Of a DNA stretch of 39,121 nucleotides, positions 26,253-34,857 are shown one piece after another. The position numbers were made by a program, and so were the translations under genes. Origin of the DNA: a virus. A model generated the notes under the pieces. It was given only the letters and a program-made list of their open reading frames with translations, was not told the origin of the DNA and did no database searches. The first letter of the stretch is position 1. The number at the start of each line of letters is the position of its first letter. Location: the UHGV virus genome UHGV-1369668; one strand, given 5' to 3'.

Positions 26253-27197
26253 TTAGTAGACTCCTGTGTCAAGTTCTTGTTCAATTTGCTCCCCCCTTTC
26301 GATAATGTATGATGCATAATAACTCTCGACATTATTACGCAAATTACTATCAGCACAACTGTCGCCGTGATATTTATCAAGTGCCCAGTAAATTCCATTT
26401 CCCTCGTCAATAAGTGACTTCAAATAACTGGTGGCTACATCAACATTACTAAGTAGGTCATAAGGATTTTCAATGTCGTGATAAGTTGTATTAAGCTGAC
26501 AAGCTCCAAAACAAGTATTGCTACTATTAACAGCTTCTCGATCATATCCACTTTCAACCTCAATAAGTGCCATAACCAAACCAAATTCAAGCCCCTTACT
26601 TTCGCATATATTCTTGATTTTTATCTGCTCGTCAGGGCTAATAGCAATCTCTTCAATAACATAAGCATCGTAATATCCAGGTGTGAAATCATTGTTATAT
26701 TCAATTCCAAACACCTCGTTATATATTTCTTCCTTGCTCTGTTCGTATTTTGGATATTCCCTTTTCACATAGTCGGTATCTTCTTTTGCTCTTGCATTTG
26801 TCCCCCACAAAATCAGAGCAGACGCTAAAAGTAACGTGACCTTATACCAACGCCCTAAAATATCGCGTCGCATTACCGTCTTCTTCTTTGGCTTCTTCTT
26901 GGCATATCTTGGATCCGCTGTAGAGACATTTCTTTTATCAGCCTTACTCTTTAACATTTCCGGCCTTACATACCAATCTTCCGGCTTAAGCTCAAGATAG
27001 TTTGCTAGTTTAGCAGCGATATACTTTGACTTGCTGTGCCTGTGATCTCCGAAAAAGTTGTACAGAGATTTTTTTGAGACACCAATGTCCTCGGCTACTT
27101 TTACAAAGGTAAGTCCGCGTTTTTCTATGCGTTTACGGCAGACTCTTTCAAATCGTCTAAACTCTTTTTCGTTTAGTTGAAGTTCGATTAATTGCAT
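26253..27197 (-). CDS. Membrane-anchored HTH (XRE-like) regulator fused to a lytic transglycosylase (SLT) domain
   Basis: N-terminal HTH LTFVKVAEDIGVSKKSLYNF, then a basic stretch and TM segment WYKVTLLLASALILWG. The C-terminus has the SLT signature LIEVESGYDREAVNSSNTCFGACQLN...YLKSL. Confidence 0.55.
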   Translation of the reverse strand: MQLIELQLNEKEFRRFERVCRKRIEKRGLTFVKVAEDIGVSKKSLYNFFGDHRHSKSKYIAAKLANYLELKPEDWYVRPEMLKSKADKRNVSTADPRYAKKKPKKKTVMRRDILGRWYKVTLLLASALILWGTNARAKEDTDYVKREYPKYEQSKEEIYNEVFGIEYNNDFTPGYYDAYVIEEIAISPDEQIKIKNICESKGLEFGLVMALIEVESGYDREAVNSSNTCFGACQLNTTYHDIENPYDLLSNVDVATSYLKSLIDEGNGIYWALDKYHGDSCADSNLRNNVESYYASYIIERGEQIEQELDTGVY

Positions 27198-27406
27198 CAG
27201 GGCTCTCCTTTCTCTCTAATTTCATATCCCGCAAGGTCTAACATCTTAATGAACTCCGGGAAGGTTCTCGGATAAACTTCTGAGAATCTATAACCGTATG
27301 CCTGTCTCGATATTCCAAGCTCAGCGGCAACTTGAGTTTTCTTTGGCAGACATCTTAAGATTCTGTCAGCCTTGCGGGCTTCTTCTGTTAAAATTACTTT
27401 TGCCAT
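27197..27406 (-). CDS. HTH DNA-binding protein (about 69 aa; start uncertain)
   Basis: HTH QVAAELGISRQAYGYR. The track ORF extends to 27478 and overlaps the Cro-like gene. No candidate start has a strong SD. Confidence 0.35.
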   Translation of the reverse strand: MAKVILTEEARKADRILRCLPKKTQVAAELGISRQAYGYRFSEVYPRTFPEFIKMLDLAGYEIREKGEP

Positions 27407-27443
27407 ACTGATTAATGATGAAATATAACATTTTGTTGTGGAG

Positions 27444-27635
27444 TCATGGCAAAAAAATAACATCATCCATTGAAACATCGATGCACTCGCATACCTTTAC
27501 GGCATTAACTAGCTTAATGCTTGATGGCTTTTCTTCCCATCCACGGTATGTATTGGGGTGAACATCGCAATAATCTGCTATTTTTTCAACAGGGATATTC
27601 TTTAATCGTCTCCACTCTGGCAGTGTTAATTTCAC
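27444..27635 (-). CDS. Cro-like HTH repressor (63 aa, GTG start)
   Basis: Divergent from the CI-like gene. RBS AAGGAGG lies 7 nt upstream of GTG. HTH KIADYCDVHPNTYRGWEE. Confidence 0.55.
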   Translation of the reverse strand: MKLTLPEWRRLKNIPVEKIADYCDVHPNTYRGWEEKPSSIKLVNAVKVCECIDVSMDDVIFLP

Positions 27636-27727
27636 TTTTCATCCTCCTTTCCTATTTTTATATGTAGTTGTTGAACATTAGTTCCATACCATAGATTGAT
27701 ATTTTCCTGTGCCCATTGATACTATAT

Positions 27728-27762
27728 CACAACATTTTGTTGTTTACAACATTTTTTTGTGA
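27728..27762. promoter_or_regulatory. Operator sites of the genetic switch (ACAAC-N5-GTTGT inverted repeats)
   Basis: cACAACATTTTGTTGTttACAACATTTTTTTGTG overlaps the -35 of the repressor promoter. A third copy, TAACATTTTGTTGTG, lies at about 27426-27440. Confidence 0.5.
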
Positions 27763-27786
27763 AAAATTACAAAATTATGGTATAAT
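27757..27786 (+). promoter_or_regulatory. Sigma-70-type promoter for the CI-like repressor gene
   Basis: TTGTGA, then 18 nt, then TGgTATAAT, upstream of the GGAGG RBS and ATG 27808. Confidence 0.5.
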
Positions 27787-27807
27787 CTCATCATGGAGGA
27801 CAAAGCA

Positions 27808-28260
27808 ATGGAAAATTTTGGCAAAAACTTAAAGCGAATTAGAACTAATAAACTATTATCACAAGAGGCATTAGCTTCTACTATGCAAATGACACAAGCA
27901 AATATTTCGTCCTGGGAAACAGGCAGAACAGAACCTTCTATTAGTGATATATACAAATTGAGTCAAATATTGGAATGTACCATTAGTGAATTGACAGGCA
28001 CAGAACAGCTTGGACGAAGCAATACACTCTCTGATGATTCAAATACTTTAGAAAGTCCATACGACCGTATTTTACAATTGTCAGATAAACTAACAAGTCA
28101 AGAACTAATAAGATTACAGAAGTTATTTAAGATTAAAGCTGAATATAAGCAAAATCTCGAACAATTGGAACAGCAAAAGCAACTATATGAAGAAGAGTAC
28201 AAAAAGCACACAAGCGATTTCTTGAACGGATATAGGCCTAAAAAGGATGGATTTATATGA
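27808..28260 (+). CDS. CI-like XRE-family repressor (about 150 aa)
   Basis: HTH LSQEALASTMQMTQANISSWETGRTEPSISDIYKLSQIL. Divergent from Cro and adjacent to the integrase. Confidence 0.65.
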   Translation: MENFGKNLKRIRTNKLLSQEALASTMQMTQANISSWETGRTEPSISDIYKLSQILECTISELTGTEQLGRSNTLSDDSNTLESPYDRILQLSDKLTSQELIRLQKLFKIKAEYKQNLEQLEQQKQLYEEEYKKHTSDFLNGYRPKKDGFI

Positions 28261-29246
28261 AAATAGAAAAAGTAGGGAATCAGTTCCGAGTACGAAAAAT
28301 GATTAATTGTATAAGGTACACCATGACTTTTGATCATGAGCCAAAGCAAAGTGAGATAAAACGCGAATTGTCGCGCTTAATGCGTGAGCAGCCAAAAGAC
28401 GATACGCCAAAGGGTACTTTTGAATATTATGCTAAAAAGTATATGCAAATACAGGATAATATATTGTCACCATCAACACTTCGATCGTATGGATTTATAT
28501 TAGATAAGTTAAGCAGTGAATTTAAGCGAAAACAACTTAAAGATATTACTCAGGCTGATGTACAGGCAGAAATAAATATAATTGCTAAAAACAAAAGTCC
28601 TAAGACAGTTCGTAACAATCACGCATTCATATCAGCTGTTATTAAAATGTATCGCCCTAATTTAATACTGCATACCAAATTGCCTCAGAAAATCAAGAAA
28701 CAAAAAACAGTTCCATTAAGGGATGATATAAAGGCAGTTTTAGATGAGGTTAGAGATACAAGATATTATATTCCTTATCGCCTTGCCATATATGGCCTAA
28801 GAAGGGGCGAAATTTGCGCGATAACGGCCCTTGATATATCTGATGCCAATATTCTTACCATAAACAAAGATAAGGTCTATAATGGCGAAAAAAAGTGGGT
28901 AATTAAGCCATATCCCAAAACCACCGATTCTCAAAGGGCCATATACATTGATAATGAGCTTGCTGATTTAATAAGAAAACAAGGTTATGCTTTTAACGGG
29001 CACCCTTCCAGACTGTACGATAATCTTAAACATGTACAGGATAGACTTGGCATCGAGCGGTTTAGATTCCACGATTTCAGGGCGTATATGGTAACAGAGC
29101 TTTCACAAGCCGGATATTCAGAAGCGGATATTATGAAAATGGGCGGATGGTCTACACCTAATATTATGAAATCCGCGTATCGTCAATCTCGTATCCAAAA
29201 GGAACTCGAAACACAGAAAAACATATCCTCTACACTGACGTTATAA
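28257..29246 (+). CDS. int: Tyrosine site-specific integrase
   Basis: 329 aa. The C-terminal catalytic region has R...HDFRAY...GGWSTPNIMKSAYRQ (the R-H-R-Y family pattern). Followed by attP. Confidence 0.85.
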   Translation: MKIEKVGNQFRVRKMINCIRYTMTFDHEPKQSEIKRELSRLMREQPKDDTPKGTFEYYAKKYMQIQDNILSPSTLRSYGFILDKLSSEFKRKQLKDITQADVQAEINIIAKNKSPKTVRNNHAFISAVIKMYRPNLILHTKLPQKIKKQKTVPLRDDIKAVLDEVRDTRYYIPYRLAIYGLRRGEICAITALDISDANILTINKDKVYNGEKKWVIKPYPKTTDSQRAIYIDNELADLIRKQGYAFNGHPSRLYDNLKHVQDRLGIERFRFHDFRAYMVTELSQAGYSEADIMKMGGWSTPNIMKSAYRQSRIQKELETQKNISSTLTL

Positions 29247-29372
29247 GACAAACGTTTTTTGACAAATTTTTTGACAAATTTTTTGACAAACGTTTTGACA
29301 AAAAATCTTGTAAAGCCCCATTTTACAAGGGTATGAGGATTTTTACGAGAAAACGTTTTGACAAATAAAAAA

Positions 29373-29410
29373 AGCCCCGAAAACCGCGTAAAACCGCGTA
29401 TTTTGGGGCT
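29373..29410. terminator. Bidirectional hairpin terminator containing a 2x10-bp direct repeat
   Basis: AAAGCCCCGAAAACCGCGTAAAACCGCGTATTTTGGGGCTTTT. On the minus strand it directly follows the tRNA fragment and the end of the 1764-aa gene. On the plus strand it follows int. Confidence 0.55.
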
Positions 29411-29420
29411 TTTCTGGTAG

Positions 29421-29455
29421 TGCCGGCAGTGGGACTTGAACCCACTACGGACACC
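29421..29455 (-). other. 3' fragment of a tRNA gene (T-arm plus acceptor 3' strand); the probable integration core
   Basis: Minus strand reads GTGGG-TTCAAGT-CCCAC-TGCCGGC-A. The 5' acceptor strand GCCGGCA is absent and the anticodon stem is not intact upstream, so it is not a complete tRNA. Confidence 0.55.
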
Positions 29456-29551
29456 CTATAAAGTCAATAATTTCAAGGCTTTTCAGATTTTTGACAAATT
29501 TTTTGACAAATTTTTTTTTTTGAAAAGCACTTCTAAGACTCTGTTTTTACA

Positions 29552-32500
29552 TCATTTGCTAAGAACCACTATATCATTATAGGATTTCAAGATGTCGCTC
29601 TTGCTTGTTCCGTTCTGTTTGTACTTCTTAGGTATTTTGCCATTATTCTGTTCAAGCAATATGTCATACTTTTGCTCTGTAGTAAGATTGCTCTTTAGAA
29701 GTACGGGTACCCATTGTTTCATTTTGGTGTACTGTTTTATTTCGTTATATACCTTAATTTCAGCATCAGTATGTCCTTCAGTTGCATATTCAATAACGGA
29801 CTGCTTAGCATTATTAATTCCTAATTCTGCTAAATGCTGTTCGGCATCATCTTTTGCAAATTGCTCTGTAAAGTAATTCATTAGGGCATCGGTACCACCC
29901 GAGTTGTATATGTTATAAGGCTTGTTAGTTGATGTAAACTCTTCACTGACAGCACTCTTTCCGCTATCTGAAGCGATAGTTGATACACTCTTAAGGACTT
30001 CATTTTTCTGTTCATTTGAAAGATTATTAAACACTTCATTCTTTGCCAATTCATTCCTAATCTTTGCGTCAGTGCTTCCTGCTACTTTCTGATATTCAGT
30101 ATATGTCTGCGGATCTAATTTATCTCCACCGATTTTAACGTTAGTTTCTAGCTTAGGCAAGGCTCCCTTGTCCGCTATTTTCTGACCGTTAGTATTCTCA
30201 GAATTATATACATCTCTGGTGGCCCGATAGCCTTCATCTGTCTGAAGATTACCAATATATGCCGGCGAAAAAAATTGATAAGCCGCATTTGCAAAAGTGC
30301 TATCGAACGGACTATTATTTTGTGTCTGTCCCTTCATATCAATATACGGCTCATTTTGGGCACTTAAGAACGGAATCTTGTTTTCAACTTTGTTAAGTTG
30401 TCTTTTGTAAATAGCATCTAATCCAGTTGCATCTGTATATGTTGATCTCCTTGTCGGGTCAACAATTCTTGCAATCTGTCCGCCTACTGTAGGTATAGCC
30501 TGTGTAGCATAACTTGCAGCCATGTTTGCCAATCCTGTGACTGCTGCCGACGCTACATTCTCACCACTATTAAACGCGCTTGATACAGACTGCATAGCGT
30601 CCGCAATACCAGATAACATTGATGTCTCAATAATAGGACTTATAAGATTACCGGTTGAGTCAAGTATTGTTCTGAGACCATTCTCTTTATTAAATACTTG
30701 TCTTATATCCCCGCCGCTCTCTTCCACAACCTTTGCAAGCTGTGCGCCTAGTAATAACGGCATTACACCGGGTGCCGCCCAATCAATACTATAAGACTTA
30801 TCATTCATGTTAATAGCATAAGTCTGGTTTCCTTCCTGCGCATCCATCTTGGCTGTATCACCGTCATTAATATGTACGATACCTTTATCAAACAGATAAT
30901 ATCCAAGATAAGCTAGTCCGGTTCCTGTAAGTGTTTTGCTCCAACTTTCAATGACATCCGAAGCCGTTGCTTTTCCAGTCATTAGTTTTCCTGTTTTTGC
31001 AATACTTGAAACAGCCCCTAAAGGCGAATAATCAACACCACTTCTTAATACGTTTGCCGGCGTTTTCTTGAATGGTATTAGTCCTTCAATCAACATATGT
31101 CCTGCCGTAGCTCCGGCAGTTCCTTCGTTTTTCAGTTTTGTGCTAGTCTCTGTTACAATCCTAGCAATTGCATTATCCTCATGAAATGTTGAATACTCTG
31201 CCTGCGCTTTGGCATATTCTCTTGCCTTGTTAAGCACTTCAATATCAGACGGATTTTCGCTTTCGAATATGCTTGCATCATATCCATTTGCTTTCAACCA
31301 ACCCGCAAGGGAAGTAGAATACTTTTTCCTTACTGCCGTATAATCAGATATACCTTTATCAACGAGGTCGCTTGCTTTTCTTAAAATCTTACTATCAAAC
31401 GTATCTTTATTTCTGTCAAGTCCTTGCTTAAGATTATCACTATACTTAGTGCCATTAAGCTGACGATACATTTTTGTATCTGCATCATTTCTACTTGCGT
31501 CAATCAGCTTTGAATCACTAATAGGATTCAGGACTGATTTAGTACGCTGAATGCGCCCACCGCTGACTTTATCAACACCACGCTCAAGCAAAGCCGCTAA
31601 AGTATTTGATGTCCCTGTTATAAATCCGAATATATTATTACCTAAATAATTTCGAATCATAGTTTTGGGGTTTCCAAGCATAGCAAGGTATCGCCAAGCT
31701 TCGAATTTATCAAATAATGATGACTTTCCGAGGTCATTTGCCACAAGCCTGAGCGCATCTGCCTCAGCATCAACATATTCCTTTGAGTTTTCGTCAAGTC
31801 CCTGTATGCTTTCGAAGATATCATTAACAGCTTTCATGGTATCTGGCTTCACGCCGAATGTTCCTGTTGCCATTTTAATATTCAAGAAATCTTTTATGTC
31901 TCTTGTTGTAGCTCCCTCGTTCAGCAGATTAGCAATGAAATCAATATCGCCATCGCTAAACTGATTTCTTATTGAGGACGACTCTTTTGCCAACTCTTCA
32001 TTAATGATATTTTTAAGTTCGTCAATTGTAGGCTTATAAACATCTGTTGTTGCAGCTGCTTCAGGCGCATCTTTGCCCATTTCTGATAATGCTGTGGCAA
32101 ACCTTTTATCAAGTCTATCACTAAGGCTCTGTATGCTCTTTGAATCTCTTATATGAGTTTTTTCCCACGTCTTAGCTTTTGAATTAAGGATATTATATGC
32201 ACTACTTTCAATGCCCTGTGCGGTGTGTCTCGTCCATTTAGCTGTGGACTGCAGTACTCGACCGGCATTACTTACTGAAGAGTCTAATTTCTTTATTAAC
32301 AGTACCCTTTGAGTATTTAACCTTGTTGCGGAATTGATATCGCCATTTGCGATTGCATCATCATACTGCGCTGACAGATCGTGCGCACTAAGCATTATCT
32401 TATCAACCCCAACATTACTGCTAATATCCTCTTTATCATTTATTACAGCTTTTACAAATTCATTGCGCTTTTCCACTGTATCAAGTGCCTTGGACGCAGC

Positions 32501-34846
32501 GTCAAGAGTATCAATCTCGTGTTCAACATAGTGTTTATTAAAGGCATCTAACGTCTGCTGTGAAATGCCTCTATAAATACCGCTCCTCTTGGCTGTATTA
32601 GTAATCGTCCTCGACTCTGCCATATCATTAGTAGGATTTTCATTTACAATAGGCATGCCAACTTTTTTAGTACCGACGGTATCATCAATAGCAGACGTTT
32701 CGTTGGTCTGAATATCATTTATTATGTTGCTATCGTTATTTGTATTTCCAATAACATCTGTTAACGTACCATTATTGAGTCTCGACTCATACCCCGATAA
32801 AACGTCATCAATTTCAGATTGAAGCTGCGTATCGAAGATATCGTTAAATCCAAAGACATTATTAAACCTTTCACCCTCTAAAGAACCGCGCTTATAATCC
32901 TGTGACAGTTCTATTATCCTTGCTATTCCATCAGAGTTGACTCCATTAAATTCACCGAGCTCACCGATTTGACTTTGTAACACTGGCCATAGGTCCGACT
33001 TATCTAATGGAACACCAACATTTGGGTCTTTCGTAAACAAATTCCTACCGACCGCATTATTCATAGCTCTTACAGTGTCGTATGTATTAATATCGTTTAA
33101 GTCGGCATCAGTCACAAGAATTTTGTATCCGTCTATTGTATCTAATAAACGCTTTCTGAATGTCTTATACGTATCCTTTGCATCATTTACCAGAAGATAG
33201 CCATTTTGAAGCAAGTCTTTTATCTCTTTATAGGCAGAGTTGATTTCACTTCTTGTCGCATCTATATCTTCCTTTCTTCTGATATTATCAATACCGTCTA
33301 CAGCCCTTGAAAATCTTGCCACCGCATTATTAAATGCCGCCTTATCTTCTTTACTATCAAACTTAAGAGCTTTCAAATTATCATTACGAATGTATGAGTT
33401 CGCAACTCCCCTCATAGAATTTTGGGTAGAATAATCATTAATATCATTTGCGATATTATTATTTGTCTGTATATTATCGACAATAGGTTTGTCGCTAATA
33501 TTATCAGCCTTATTGTAGTTACTATTTGAATTAATAATTGCATTGGCTGACTGATTGGTTGGTGCTTCAATAGTTTGTTTGTTTGAATTAATATTTGTTA
33601 CTGACGACATATCATCCAACTCTTTATCCAAATTTACAGTATTGCTCTGTGACTTTGACAATATCTCTGAATCTATCTGATTGGTAATCTGATTTCTTGG
33701 TATATCATCAGAATTGCGAATCGCATCACTAATAACGTTGTCTGCATTAGTTTCAATATTAAGCTTTGACGATACGTATTTACTGATTGGCTTGAGTGCC
33801 ATAGAACCACCTGCAAAAACACCTCCCATTGCTGCGCCTGTTGCTACAGACGACAATATTCTACTTACAGAGTTTTTATTGGCATAGTTGCGCGCTTCTT
33901 CCTCTGATAATCCGTTCGATAACGCCTCAGAATAGTCCTTAATTCGCTGTGAATTATCTTTGTTGATTAAACTATCAAGCAACTCCTGAGAGCCCGATTC
34001 TAGCCCTTCTTCTAGCCCTTCTGTAAGCGCACCTGCGCCAACATTCTTTGCAACGTCGCCTAATCCCTTAATTGTGGAAGAACCTAGCTTGTTGTTAATT
34101 ACATCTATTCCTTTTGCCTGCAATAATCCGCCAACAGTTCCGCCGGCTAAACCATAGGCAGAAGCTTGTCTGTTATTAGCTCCGTTTTCCTTCGCAAGAT
34201 TATATAACTCACCTGATGTATTACCGCCCGCTGTAATTCCAGACAATAAGGCACCGCCAACAGCCGAGCTTCCTAACATCTCAGCAACATTTGTGCCGAT
34301 ATCATAAACCATGTTTCCGGCATTAGAGTTAATATTTGATTTTGCTCCCTCTTTGATATTTGCTCTCTGAATAGCAAATCTATTTGAATTATTACCGTCT
34401 ATTGCTCCCGCCGTATTTTCAACTGCACTTCCTATTGCGCTAATCGGAGCTGTGATAGTGTTATATACGGTTGATAATACGGGGTGTTCGGAAGCAAACT
34501 TGCCCGATTTTGTAAGAGAAGCCTGTCTTTTCTGTCTTGCTATGTTGTCGCTTCGATTGAGTACTTTATTAGCGTTGCTATCGGTTATTGCTGTAAGGTC
34601 GCTTCTAGCTGAGCTTAGAGTTGCGTTATTGCGCATTGCGGACGGCGATATAACCTGTGTTCCTTTAGGAACGACTTGCGTATTAGCTGTACTTAAATCA
34701 ACCGACTTCGCGTTATTATTTTTTTTGAGCGCAGGCAACTCTCTATACTTCGGTGTAGAAGTTGAAGAGGCGGCTTTTTTTACCGCCTCCGCCTTATCCA
34801 TTTGCCTCTGTGTTTCTTCAACCTGTTTAAGAGTGAATTTAGGCAT
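29552..34846 (-). CDS. Giant protein (1764 aa) with Gly/Ala-rich hydrophobic segments; candidate internal-virion/ejection or tape-measure-like protein
   Basis: It is the last gene before attP. It is translationally coupled to the upstream 349-aa gene through TAAGGAGATAATAT-ATG. Segments such as MLGSSAVGGALLSGITAGG, SSVATGAAMGGVFAGGSMALKP and GTAGATAGHMLIEGLIPF resemble TMP / T7 gp16-type membrane-penetrating regions. No enzymatic motif recognised. Confidence 0.4.
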   Translation of the reverse strand: MPKFTLKQVEETQRQMDKAEAVKKAASSTSTPKYRELPALKKNNNAKSVDLSTANTQVVPKGTQVISPSAMRNNATLSSARSDLTAITDSNANKVLNRSDNIARQKRQASLTKSGKFASEHPVLSTVYNTITAPISAIGSAVENTAGAIDGNNSNRFAIQRANIKEGAKSNINSNAGNMVYDIGTNVAEMLGSSAVGGALLSGITAGGNTSGELYNLAKENGANNRQASAYGLAGGTVGGLLQAKGIDVINNKLGSSTIKGLGDVAKNVGAGALTEGLEEGLESGSQELLDSLINKDNSQRIKDYSEALSNGLSEEEARNYANKNSVSRILSSVATGAAMGGVFAGGSMALKPISKYVSSKLNIETNADNVISDAIRNSDDIPRNQITNQIDSEILSKSQSNTVNLDKELDDMSSVTNINSNKQTIEAPTNQSANAIINSNSNYNKADNISDKPIVDNIQTNNNIANDINDYSTQNSMRGVANSYIRNDNLKALKFDSKEDKAAFNNAVARFSRAVDGIDNIRRKEDIDATRSEINSAYKEIKDLLQNGYLLVNDAKDTYKTFRKRLLDTIDGYKILVTDADLNDINTYDTVRAMNNAVGRNLFTKDPNVGVPLDKSDLWPVLQSQIGELGEFNGVNSDGIARIIELSQDYKRGSLEGERFNNVFGFNDIFDTQLQSEIDDVLSGYESRLNNGTLTDVIGNTNNDSNIINDIQTNETSAIDDTVGTKKVGMPIVNENPTNDMAESRTITNTAKRSGIYRGISQQTLDAFNKHYVEHEIDTLDAASKALDTVEKRNEFVKAVINDKEDISSNVGVDKIMLSAHDLSAQYDDAIANGDINSATRLNTQRVLLIKKLDSSVSNAGRVLQSTAKWTRHTAQGIESSAYNILNSKAKTWEKTHIRDSKSIQSLSDRLDKRFATALSEMGKDAPEAAATTDVYKPTIDELKNIINEELAKESSSIRNQFSDGDIDFIANLLNEGATTRDIKDFLNIKMATGTFGVKPDTMKAVNDIFESIQGLDENSKEYVDAEADALRLVANDLGKSSLFDKFEAWRYLAMLGNPKTMIRNYLGNNIFGFITGTSNTLAALLERGVDKVSGGRIQRTKSVLNPISDSKLIDASRNDADTKMYRQLNGTKYSDNLKQGLDRNKDTFDSKILRKASDLVDKGISDYTAVRKKYSTSLAGWLKANGYDASIFESENPSDIEVLNKAREYAKAQAEYSTFHEDNAIARIVTETSTKLKNEGTAGATAGHMLIEGLIPFKKTPANVLRSGVDYSPLGAVSSIAKTGKLMTGKATASDVIESWSKTLTGTGLAYLGYYLFDKGIVHINDGDTAKMDAQEGNQTYAINMNDKSYSIDWAAPGVMPLLLGAQLAKVVEESGGDIRQVFNKENGLRTILDSTGNLISPIIETSMLSGIADAMQSVSSAFNSGENVASAAVTGLANMAASYATQAIPTVGGQIARIVDPTRRSTYTDATGLDAIYKRQLNKVENKIPFLSAQNEPYIDMKGQTQNNSPFDSTFANAAYQFFSPAYIGNLQTDEGYRATRDVYNSENTNGQKIADKGALPKLETNVKIGGDKLDPQTYTEYQKVAGSTDAKIRNELAKNEVFNNLSNEQKNEVLKSVSTIASDSGKSAVSEEFTSTNKPYNIYNSGGTDALMNYFTEQFAKDDAEQHLAELGINNAKQSVIEYATEGHTDAEIKVYNEIKQYTKMKQWVPVLLKSNLTTEQKYDILLEQNNGKIPKKYKQNGTSKSDILKSYNDIVVLSK

Positions 34847-34857
34847 ATATTATCTCC

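Larger units (their letters stand above)
29247..29520. promoter_or_regulatory. attP: arm-type integrase-binding repeats flanking a tRNA-3'-end core
   Basis: Seven direct copies of TTGACAAA(T/C): five at 29259-29365 and two at 29491-29510. The inverted repeat CTTGTAAA-N6-TTTACAAG lies at about 29307-29328. The core carries the tRNA 3' fragment at 29421-29455. Confidence 0.6.

Noticed and set aside
29416-29490. Possible complete tRNA gene on the minus strand
   Set aside because: Only the T-arm and the 3' acceptor strand are present. The 5' acceptor strand GCCGGCA is absent and the anticodon stem does not pair, so this is a 3' fragment (att core), not a functional tRNA.
29259-29510. The TTGACAAA repeat cluster considered as a CRISPR array or tandem satellite
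   Set aside because: The repeats are only 8-10 bp with 2-5 bp between copies, and they flank a tRNA-fragment core immediately after an integrase gene. This is the signature of attP arm sites, not of CRISPR.
29552-34846. Calling the 1764-aa protein a classical siphovirus tape-measure protein
   Set aside because: There is no adjacent major tail, chaperone-frameshift, Dit or Tal genes, and it lies after the lysis cassette. The call is kept as an open candidate for an ejection or cargo protein instead.
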